NCBI GenBank assembly: GCA_044356455.1 | Contig: JBIKWF010000092.1 | Span: 1 to 18,284, forward strand | Origin: Bdellovibrionota bacterium | GTDB taxonomy: Bacteria > Bdellovibrionota_C > UBA2361 > JBGSMV01 | DNA: 18,284 nucleotides | Direction of reading: 5' to 3' | Shown: positions 9,049 through 16,189 of the stretch, piece by piece | How positions within the stretch are numbered: the first letter of the stretch is position 1 | How the letters are laid out: each line of letters opens with the position of its first letter | Made by a program: the position numbers and the translations under genes | The notes under the pieces: generated by a model | Told to the model about the DNA's origin: nothing | What the model saw: only the letters and a program-made list of their open reading frames with translations | The model's database searches: none

Positions 9049-10506
9049 TTAACCGACAGATCCACCTCCCGTAGCCGTGGCTGTTGGAGTTGGACCTGCG
9101 CAGCAGGAACAGCAAACCGGATTCGGATCCTCACAGGAATACGGGACATTCGAACAGTCGTAATCTATGCCCAAGCTGCAGGTCCCATTGATACAAGGGT
9201 TACTGCTGGTTGCTGTAGCCGTTGGGGTTCTCGTCGAGGTTGGCGTTGCGGGCGCCGTTGTTGAAGTTGGTGTCGAAGTTATCGTCGCTGTTGACGTAGG
9301 AGTTCCTGTGACGGTCGGTGTTGCGGTAATTGTCGGAGTGTTGGTAATCGTCGCCGTGTTGGTCGGCGTTCTAGTCGAAGTTGCTGTTCTGGTTGAAGTC
9401 CGAGTGGGAGTTTCCGTAGCCGTTGAAGTGATGGTCGGTGTCTGAGTAATCGTTGGCGTAAGAGTAATCGTTGGCGTAAGGGTAATCGTTGGCGTAAGGG
9501 TAATCGTTGGCGTAAGGGTAATTGTCGGTGTCAGAGTCGCCGTTCCAGTCTCTGTCGCAGTCGATGTCCGGGTCGCCGTCGGAGTTGCAGTTGAAGTTCC
9601 CGTAGCTGTGCCTGTCGCGGTGGCTGTTCTGGTTTGCGTCGGAGATGGGGCAACCGGAGTGAGGGTCGCCGTTGAAGTTATCGTAGGCGAGGGCGATTGC
9701 GTGGCTGTCGGTGTGGGCGATGATCCAGCGGGGGGGGCGCCGACGCCGAAGGCACCAGTTCGTCTGAGGGCCAGCCCGACGCCCGAGATGCGAAATCCGG
9801 AGGAGAAAAAAAGACTAATCGGACGAAAATTTACCTCTATATAAACTGCAAGAGGGTGGATTGCGAGCACAGACCCCCAATTTTGGGTTGCCGCCGGGCT
9901 GCCTGGAATACCCGGCCACCCCTCGTTGTCGCTTGCAACGCCGTAAGCTCGAGTCGGATGGTCTACCGCACCTGAATCTGATCCAATACGAACGACTCTC
10001 TCTCCCGGCCGCAGAAATGCGATAGGGCTATCCATCCCCGTAAGTGAGCTCCCATCAAAGCCTGGGAAATAAGGTGCTTGGCCCTGATTGCCATACACGG
10101 GAATACCTGTCGAGGGATCGACCGAAGCATAATGCCTAAATATTGTAGCTCGAGCCATGCTATCACTCGCCGGAGAAGCGACCTGATATAGTGCAGCAAG
10201 GCGGCGAGAACTTGATGAAGGGTCGGTCCCGATGATTCTTCGAACCAGGCCAAAATAAACGCCGCACTGTGTCGTCGGGGCCGTCGCGCAACCTGACTGG
10301 GTAGTATCAACTTCAACGACGACTTTGCTAGCGAAGTCGACTGCCCGGTGAGCAGCAAGAGAAACGATTGTGGAAATCAGTAGGTAGCGACAGACGTCGA
10401 TGAAGGCCAGGATTAGAAGCAGAAATATGGGAAGCCCAATCGCCGCCTCCACAATGGAGGCTCCTGTCGCCCGAGTGCGGGAATGGAACGCTGAGATGCT
10501 CCGCAT
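9049..10506 (-). CDS. TadE-like pseudopilin with ~180-aa Thr/Pro-rich linker and Cys-rich C-terminal domain
   Basis: N-terminus RATG|ASIVEAAIGLPIFLLLILAFIDVCR...AAHRAV is a classical TadE motif; then a long (T/P/A/S) low-complexity region and the C-terminal CINGTC...DC...SC...VCCSCC. Confidence 0.8.
   Translation of the reverse strand: MRSISAFHSRTRATGASIVEAAIGLPIFLLLILAFIDVCRYLLISTIVSLAAHRAVDFASKVVVEVDTTQSGCATAPTTQCGVYFGLVRRIIGTDPSSSSRRLAALYQVASPASDSMARATIFRHYASVDPSTGIPVYGNQGQAPYFPGFDGSSLTGMDSPIAFLRPGERVVRIGSDSGAVDHPTRAYGVASDNEGWPGIPGSPAATQNWGSVLAIHPLAVYIEVNFRPISLFFSSGFRISGVGLALRRTGAFGVGAPPAGSSPTPTATQSPSPTITSTATLTPVAPSPTQTRTATATGTATGTSTATPTATRTSTATETGTATLTPTITLTPTITLTPTITLTPTITLTPTITQTPTITSTATETPTRTSTRTATSTRTPTNTATITNTPTITATPTVTGTPTSTATITSTPTSTTAPATPTSTRTPTATATSSNPCINGTCSLGIDYDCSNVPYSCEDPNPVCCSCCAGPTPTATATGGGSVG
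9446..9535 (-). repeat. Intragenic 18-bp tandem repeat encoding PTITLT
   Basis: Four near-identical copies of gtaatcgttggcgtaag(a/g) at 9446-9517 plus one degenerate copy at 9518-9535; in frame, no spacers. Confidence 0.95.
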
Positions 10507-10739
10507 ATTGAATTAACTGGAGACTAGAGCCAAATGGTAATGTTATCAACTGATAGATCCATTTACTTTGGAGGGGGCTATCTCGAGCAATTCTTCGAGT
10601 GGTTGGCCTTGGATAGTGACTCTATCGAATAGTTGAAGCGGTAGTGGTCTTTGTCGCTGTTGTGGCAGCTGCGTCGCATTGGAATTGGTGCCACCCACTA
10701 ATGTCACTAGTGAGCACTTTGCTCGTCATAATGACCACT

Positions 10740-11117
10740 ATGTATTCATGCCTCCTAACCCCATCAAATTAATCATTTTTTTCACTTTGCCCGCGTGGCA
10801 CGGGCGACTCTACCTGGCTTGACCGCTCTTCACTCATGTCTCTCTGCATATCGATTTACTGAATGAATCAACCGACCTCGGCGGCCTTTCAAGTCTGGAG
10901 GCACTCCGCAACCGAGTTGAGGCGATCGAAGGAGGTGTTTGGGTGGTCATCAACGAGGTGCAGCGAGTTCCGGCGCTTTTGAATGAAGCGCATTCGCTTC
11001 TCTTCAAATCCAAGAAATCTCCCAAATTTTGCCTGACCGGATCAAGCGCGCGAAAACTTCGTCGTGTCGACGCCAACATGCTCGCAGGTCGCGTGCTCTC
11101 TTGGGAGTTCTGCCTCC
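10740..11117 (+). pseudogene. Decayed N-terminal part of an AAA_14/DUF4143 family ATP-binding protein
   Basis: Manual translation from ATG 10740 gives MYSCLLTPSN*SFFSLCPRGTGDSTWLDR (in-frame TAA at 10770; Walker A GPRGTGKST degraded). After a frameshift near 10821-10835 it reads LHIDLLNE...VWVVINEVQRVPALLNEAH...FCLTGSSARKLRRVDANMLAGR (Walker B DE changed to NE). Homology stops at the MITE. Confidence 0.85.
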
Positions 11118-11119
11118 TA

Positions 11120-11230
11120 GGAGTGTGTCCCGTAGAAACATGAATCTGAATTTTGGACACAATCCGTGGGTAGGCTGTCCCGCTGCCACCACAACATGTA
11201 GTGGTAGAAATTTTCTACGGGACAGACGCC
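11120..11230. mobile_element. 111-bp MITE-like element, copy 1
   Basis: Terminal inverted repeats GGAGTGTGTCCCGTAGAAA / TTTCTACGGGACAGACGCC (19 bp, 2 mismatches), flanked by TA on both sides; 104/111 identical to the copy at 13802-13912. Confidence 0.8.
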
Positions 11231-13059
11231 TAATGCAGTTCCTTGAAACGATCCTGCTCCCCCCGCGCCAGGAGTGCCAGAGCAGCCTCTTCAAATGCCG
11301 GGGCCTTAGGCGCAACTTCAATTTGAATTATCGAGCCGAGCGACTTAAGAATCTCCTCATCGGCGGGGGAAGTGCGGAGCCGGCATTTTGCAGGGCGCTT
11401 CCCGTCCCGGTTCATGGCCTTCACGAGGCATTTGGCGGCAAGGCGCGGCAAAAAAGTATCTCCCGGCGTCGCCTCAACGTTTAAGACAAACCCACTTGAG
11501 GTCTCGGCCGCTAAGCAGCAAATTCCAATTGCCGGCCTAGAAGTTGGTTTTTCTTGCACCACACCAAGACGCCCCACAAACCCAAGCTCCCATATTTCTT
11601 CCGAGGGACTTAAGGAATTCCATGCGCGCACTAACTTCTCTTGGTATTTCCCAAGCGAAGGTGCGTCTTTAGAGTCTTCTTCGCGAGCGCGAGATTGAGA
11701 ATATGCCTCAAGCAGTTTTTTGGTGACTTCAGAGCCAGGGGAAAGCTTGAACCTTAAGATTCCCGCACTTCCTGATGCGGGGCGCGAGGCCATAGCGAAT
11801 AAGCCATAGAGCCCAATGATAGATTGAACGAGTTCAGCGTCCGAGATGCGCCACTCAAGATAGCCTCTTCTCTTCATGGTGGGCACGGGAAGCGAGGACT
11901 TGTGGGTATCAGTAGCTAAAGGCTTTAGCTCTTGGCGAATAAAGGGGTCTAGCTCGGTTAGGTTCTGAACGGTAAGCCAAAGGCTCTCCGCGAACCAAGA
12001 ATAAAGGGATGACCCAACTAAGTCCTTAGGGCTTGAATTGGCGAGCTCTTGAGTTAAATCAAAGCTCTCCATGCTTCCATAGATGAACGCACCTTTTAGG
12101 TCCCCCAGTGAGCCACTAAATGCTGCGACTATCGATCCGTTGTCTTCGGGAAATTGCACCACAACCGGTGCTTCATTAAACATGAGCCAAGGTTCGCGGT
12201 CGAAAAGGCCTCGAGCTTCGGTTACCACAAACTTAAGAACCTCAGTCCGTGAGGCAAAGTTTACACTGAGAACCCGCTTCATAAAACCCTCCAGCTCGGC
12301 CGCCTTGATAAGGCCTTGCTTGCCGCCGCTTGGCGCTTTGGAGCGAAGCTTAAGAAATGCGCCGCCGAGCAGATCAAGCGCGCTTAGCCCGGGCCGCGGG
12401 GAGGGGAGTGCCCACATGGGTTCGGCGCGGCTCACGTACCAGGCTGCCTCTTTGATAGACCCGCTCTTACGGGCCTTGCTAATGCCGCGCTCTATGGGGC
12501 GCGACTTCTTTTTAAGGAGCATGGGGGCTATGTGCACATTCTTTGCTGAAGCAGCAACCGCGTGCTCAGTAAATTCAAAGGAGCCCGAAAGGGCATCAAG
12601 CAGCGCCAAGTTAAATAGTCCGGGCCCCGAGGTTTCACGAAACTTTTCTTCAAACTCCCGAGCTTCGGGAAGTCGGCCGAGGGCGGCAAGCACAAGAGGG
12701 AGATCGTAGCGAACGGCCAATAGATCGTCCTCTGTCGCGTCAAGGACAGCCATCAGGATGGGTAAGCACTCCGCATAGTGCCCCTGCTGCATGAGTACAT
12801 CGGAGCAGCCCTTTGCGATGAGAAAGTGGGGATAGAGCGGTTCACCAGGAGCAACGGATTGAGGGGAGATTGAGTGGAGTTCCCTCTCAAACAGTCGTTT
12901 CGAGGCGGCAAGTCCCGAGCGGGCAATCTGACACCGACTCTCTGGCGAATTAGCCCTTGAGAGATGGAGATCGACGGCGTCTAGGAGTTCCATACCCACC
13001 TCAAAGGGATCGTCGGGGGCTGAGAGGAGGTAGTCTACGAGGGCTTCGAAATTTGGCAT
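11230..13059 (-). CDS. Hypothetical protein: TPR-like helical N-terminal region fused to DUF7309/DUF6930-like C-terminal region
   Basis: 609-aa intact ORF. DDLLAVRYDL...LGRLPEA...FNLALL...KNVHIAPMLL...GSIKEAAWY...W resembles a TPR-like family. FDREPW...FSGSLGDLKGAFIY and IWELGF...RP...LAAETSSGFVL...RPAKCRLR resemble the DUF7309/DUF6930 region. The ORF is secure; domain names are from recall. Confidence 0.6.
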   Translation of the reverse strand: MPNFEALVDYLLSAPDDPFEVGMELLDAVDLHLSRANSPESRCQIARSGLAASKRLFERELHSISPQSVAPGEPLYPHFLIAKGCSDVLMQQGHYAECLPILMAVLDATEDDLLAVRYDLPLVLAALGRLPEAREFEEKFRETSGPGLFNLALLDALSGSFEFTEHAVAASAKNVHIAPMLLKKKSRPIERGISKARKSGSIKEAAWYVSRAEPMWALPSPRPGLSALDLLGGAFLKLRSKAPSGGKQGLIKAAELEGFMKRVLSVNFASRTEVLKFVVTEARGLFDREPWLMFNEAPVVVQFPEDNGSIVAAFSGSLGDLKGAFIYGSMESFDLTQELANSSPKDLVGSSLYSWFAESLWLTVQNLTELDPFIRQELKPLATDTHKSSLPVPTMKRRGYLEWRISDAELVQSIIGLYGLFAMASRPASGSAGILRFKLSPGSEVTKKLLEAYSQSRAREEDSKDAPSLGKYQEKLVRAWNSLSPSEEIWELGFVGRLGVVQEKPTSRPAIGICCLAAETSSGFVLNVEATPGDTFLPRLAAKCLVKAMNRDGKRPAKCRLRTSPADEEILKSLGSIIQIEVAPKAPAFEEAALALLARGEQDRFKELH

Positions 13060-13173
13060 GAGCGCATATTACCTATAGCTCAATACTCAGCTACTTCAAT
13101 TCGAAGCTTGAAATGAATACCGTGCTTATTCTGCTCCCATAAAAGGCCCTGGCATTATAGTGGCGATTGTCTC

Positions 13174-13179
13174 TATAAT
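13174..13179 (+). promoter_or_regulatory. Putative sigma70 -10 box (TATAAT) 6 nt upstream of ATG 13186, suggesting a leaderless promoter
   Basis: Perfect TATAAT, then aagaaa, then ATG; no Shine-Dalgarno; weak -35-like TGGCAT 18 nt upstream. Confidence 0.5.
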
Positions 13180-13185
13180 AAGAAA

Positions 13186-13802
13186 ATGGATGTAACTATA
13201 TACAATCATTGGTGGAAAGAGGGGGGTGTAAACTCTGATCCGGACATCTCCCGGGTCAACTCGTCCGCCTTGAAATATTCTCCAAATGCCAATCTTGCCC
13301 CATGAGTGCCGAGCCCGGGGATTCTTTTTTGCTGGCAACCTTTTCCTCCCATGATACGGCTCGCGCGCGGGTGGCGCCGCGAAAGGATCGCAAATTTAGC
13401 TGGATCGATCCGGCGCTTGGCTCCCTTGCCTACCACCTGGGGCAGGGAGACTTGCCCTCCGCTGCCAGTAGGGCGGAATGGCTGGTGGGAGCGGAGCTCC
13501 TGAGAAGATATGAGAGAAGGCTCTTTGAGGGGCTTTCTGCACCGCGAAATGTTTTTACCTGGAAAAGCTCGAGCGGCAACGAGCTCGACTACCTGATCGT
13601 AGATCGAGCTAAGAAAATTCTCTTTCCTGTAGAGGTAAAATATCAGAATTCTATCAGCGACTGGGATTTTCAGGTCGCCGAGAAGGCTTTTGGTCGCGGA
13701 TTAATCGTCAGCAAGACGGCAGAGGTGGTGAGGGAGAAGGCCCAGGCAGTGGGGATGTCAAGCTTTCTTTTCGAGTCGGATGGGGTGTTGCCTGCGGGCT
13801 AG
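13186..13802 (+). pseudogene. Internally deleted AAA+/DUF4143 family ATPase gene (N-terminal leader fused to DUF4143 C-terminus)
   Basis: ATG 13186 gives MDVTIYNHWWKEGGVNSDPDISRVNSSALKYSPN...* (stop at 13305), an N-x-WW...D-x-DI N-terminus typical of this family. ORF 13302-13802 has DSFLL...RKFSWIDP...EWLVGAELLR...FTWKSSSGNELDYLI...PVEVKYQ. No Walker A or B motif lies between the two parts. Confidence 0.75.
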
Positions 13803-13912
13803 GAGTGTGTCCCGTAGAAACATAAATCTTCATTTTGGACACAATCCGTAGGTGGGCTGTCCCGCTGCCACCACAACATGTAGTGGTGGAAATTTTCTAC
13901 GGGACAGACTCC
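13802..13912. mobile_element. 111-bp MITE-like element, copy 2
   Basis: TIRs GGAGTGTGTCCCGTAGAAA / TTTCTACGGGACAGACTCC (1 mismatch), TA on both sides (both junctions read CTAG), same orientation as copy 1. Confidence 0.8.
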
Positions 13913-14251
13913 TAGGAGTGTGTCCTGAAGAATCAGAGATGGTCGCTTCTAATAACTGTGGGCTGCATATTGCGCCGCGACCTGCTATGCAATCAGCACT
14001 ATGTTTCCTTCTCCTCTGGTGCCATCCACCTTACGAACTCGTCTCCTATCGCGAGATGTTATCTTGCATTAGCTAGGGTATTTTGAAGATACTGAGCTTA
14101 TTCTTCGATGTCTTCGCTGCTATCTGCGAGAGCTGCAGAATTCTTTAGAACCTTAACTTGTATGGTTTGTGTCTGTATGGAGCGCTGCGCGGTTGGCGTT
14201 CGAGGCATTTCTCAATAGCTGCTGTTAAGATCCCCCCCCAGTGAGAGGCAA

Positions 14252-16132
14252 GTGTTTGTCGAAACGTATCTCGGTAGTCTGCTCCTCATTTCCATACTAG
14301 GGCTAGGGCACTCTCTGGTTAGCCGGAAAGGGGGAAGCGAGGCGACATTTCTATTCGGAGCTCTCGTCGTCGCGACGGGAGCTGCATTGGCGTATAGGTG
14401 GGAACTTCTTTCAGCTCCTTTGTTTGCTATCGGAGTTGGCATTGCCATTTGTGCTTCTTTGGTCTTAGAGCGAGTCGAAGGTTCGGCAAGGGAGCTAGAC
14501 ATGGCGCCCAGGCTGCAGGGGTTTCGACGAGCACATCTTTTGCTCGTCGTTCCGGTGGTCATTCATTTTATCTTTGCTTACCTAAGATTAGGTCAAATCG
14601 CAGGATCGTTGCTAACGTGGGAGGGCGAGGTTCTTGCCGGATTCTCTCGTTGGCAGCAAGAGGGGAGGACTTTTTTTGACATCCTCCGCAGTGTCCTTCG
14701 CTGGGACGACGGGCTAATGTCCAGCGGCAATCACAGCTTGCTCTACGGGGCACCAACGTTTTTGCTGTTGAATGAAGAGGGGTTCTCTGGGTTCAACCTT
14801 CGTATAATGGCGCTTCTAGCGCTTGTGCTTGGTGCTCTTGGAATTTGCGCCCTACTCGATTACCTAGGCGGCTGGAAAGCGGCACTAGTCGGGGTAGTGT
14901 TCTACCTTCTTTCCCCAATCGTAAATTATTACGGAGTATATGGGACCTCGCAGATGGCAGCGATTGCGGGTTGTATATGGAGCTATTATTTCCTGTTCCG
15001 AATTATCGATAGTTCGAAGCCGTGTTTTTCCGAGGGCGCCGCACTAGGATTCTGTCTTTGCGTCACTACTCTCCATTATTCCCCGGAGCGCATTGTGGTG
15101 TTGGGCATTGCACTAGTGGCATTCGGTAAGTTCGTAACACTCTTTCCCCGTCGACAGTGGCGCGGCTTCGCGGGATTCGTTTGCGTGGTTGCATTTTTCT
15201 TGGCGTATCAGTTCCAAACCGGGGCATATCGGTCGTTCGCGCACGCCCGAGGTGAGCAGCTGCTCACGTTTCTAGCCGAGCGCGGCCAGTTAAAACACTT
15301 CGACAACAAACTAAGCGATGAGCAGGCTAGGGCACTTTCCCCAGGAGAAGTTGTACGAACTGTGTTAACTGTCACCTCGGCACAGCTTGGAGAAATTATG
15401 CGACCGGTATCAGTGCTTGAGTGGGAACCTAATGGAATGCAAGAGGTGGGAGATCCTCCTCGGCTTCCATTTGTCTTGCTAGAGCTGCTCCCATTCGCCC
15501 TAGCCGGGCTACTTCTGCTCGACCGAAAAAGGCTTTCTTGGAGGCGCATGGCGCTTCTCGCTCCGGTAGTGATGGTGCTCTCGGTAGTTCTTTTAACCAC
15601 TCGCGTTGACCAGCACCGGCTAGCGATTTTAGTTGTTCCATTCCTAGTACTGGCCGCGGTTGGTGTGAGCTACGCTCTTGCACGCTCGACGAAAGTAACG
15701 CTCCCCCTCGTTATGGTACTTTTTGTTTTTACTCTAGTGGATTGGGTCGGAGCGCTGACTAAGTTGTTACGACCTCTTCCGCTCCCGCTTGCGGCGCGCT
15801 GCGCGCTTGAGCCCTCAAGGGGGAGTCAAGCTGAAACTTCGATGTACGTTCAGGCGCCGTTTCCCGAATGGATTTTTGTAGACCAAACGCTTAAAGCAGA
15901 AGCGAAAGCTAGACCCGGTACTCGCCTCATGGAACGTGGGGATGTTGCAGAAGTTCTTAGTTCGTCTGGTCCCGATTTCTCTAAATTGCAATTGCAGTTG
16001 GAGTCGGGACGTACGATAAATTTTATCCCCCGAGTCTATTTTTCTCCTCTGTCTGAGCAATTGAGTTCGCTAGGGGAGCTTGACGAGTTACCGGATGATT
16101 GTGGATTCGTTCTCAAGCCACCTCATCTTTAG
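14252..16132 (+). CDS. GT-C fold (PMT_2/ArnT/GT39-like) membrane glycosyltransferase
   Basis: 626-aa polytopic membrane ORF. YLRLGQI..SLLTWEGE first loop, HSLLY, GFNLRIMALL.LVLG...I..L...LGGWKAALVG...Y.LSP pattern, late HRL..LVVPF.VLAAVG motif; GAGAGG before the GTG; adjacent to a GT2. Confidence 0.7.
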   Translation: MFVETYLGSLLLISILGLGHSLVSRKGGSEATFLFGALVVATGAALAYRWELLSAPLFAIGVGIAICASLVLERVEGSARELDMAPRLQGFRRAHLLLVVPVVIHFIFAYLRLGQIAGSLLTWEGEVLAGFSRWQQEGRTFFDILRSVLRWDDGLMSSGNHSLLYGAPTFLLLNEEGFSGFNLRIMALLALVLGALGICALLDYLGGWKAALVGVVFYLLSPIVNYYGVYGTSQMAAIAGCIWSYYFLFRIIDSSKPCFSEGAALGFCLCVTTLHYSPERIVVLGIALVAFGKFVTLFPRRQWRGFAGFVCVVAFFLAYQFQTGAYRSFAHARGEQLLTFLAERGQLKHFDNKLSDEQARALSPGEVVRTVLTVTSAQLGEIMRPVSVLEWEPNGMQEVGDPPRLPFVLLELLPFALAGLLLLDRKRLSWRRMALLAPVVMVLSVVLLTTRVDQHRLAILVVPFLVLAAVGVSYALARSTKVTLPLVMVLFVFTLVDWVGALTKLLRPLPLPLAARCALEPSRGSQAETSMYVQAPFPEWIFVDQTLKAEAKARPGTRLMERGDVAEVLSSSGPDFSKLQLQLESGRTINFIPRVYFSPLSEQLSSLGELDELPDDCGFVLKPPHL

Positions 16133-16189
16133 GTGGCGTAAGGGGTTCAGAACTGTTTAGTCTCTGGTCGGTGGAGTCCTCGAGGCATT

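Noticed and set aside
9446..9535. 18-bp repeats as a possible CRISPR array
   Set aside because: The units are contiguous with no spacers and encode an in-frame PTITLT repeat within a CDS; no cas operon is present.
9016..9844. Val/Gly-rich plus-strand ORFs (9016-9264, 9167-9445, 9608-9844)
   Set aside because: Antisense shadows of the Thr/Pro repeat region of the TadE-like gene.
10547..10756. Small minus-strand ORFs upstream of the TadE-like gene (possible flp pilin), with an AGGAGG nearby
   Set aside because: Manual translation shows no G|xxxxEY prepilin motif or hydrophobic helix, and the AGGAGG is 1 nt from an ATG that opens only 3 codons.
11029..12709. Plus-strand ORFs of 108-208 aa and other short overlapping ORFs in the track
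   Set aside because: They are antisense to, or out of frame within, better-supported long CDSs and show no recognisable motifs.
10740..13802. One ATPase gene split by insertion of the 609-aa gene
   Set aside because: The downstream fragment has its own N-terminus (ATG 13186, NHWW motif), so the two pieces derive from different genes.
13852..14076. 74-aa ORF sharing GCPAATTTCSG with ORF 11029-11484
   Set aside because: The shared peptide is just translation of the MITE sequence, not a protein family.
14232..14239. C8 tract upstream of the GT-C gene (and a G8 tract at 9730-9737) as phase-variation sites
   Set aside because: The tracts are short and there is no evidence of length variation from a single sequence.
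11118..14250. Clean composite-transposon insertion into the first ATPase gene
   Set aside because: The sequence after copy 2 (13915 onward) does not resume the ATPase reading frame in any way I can recognise, so a simple insertion is not supported.
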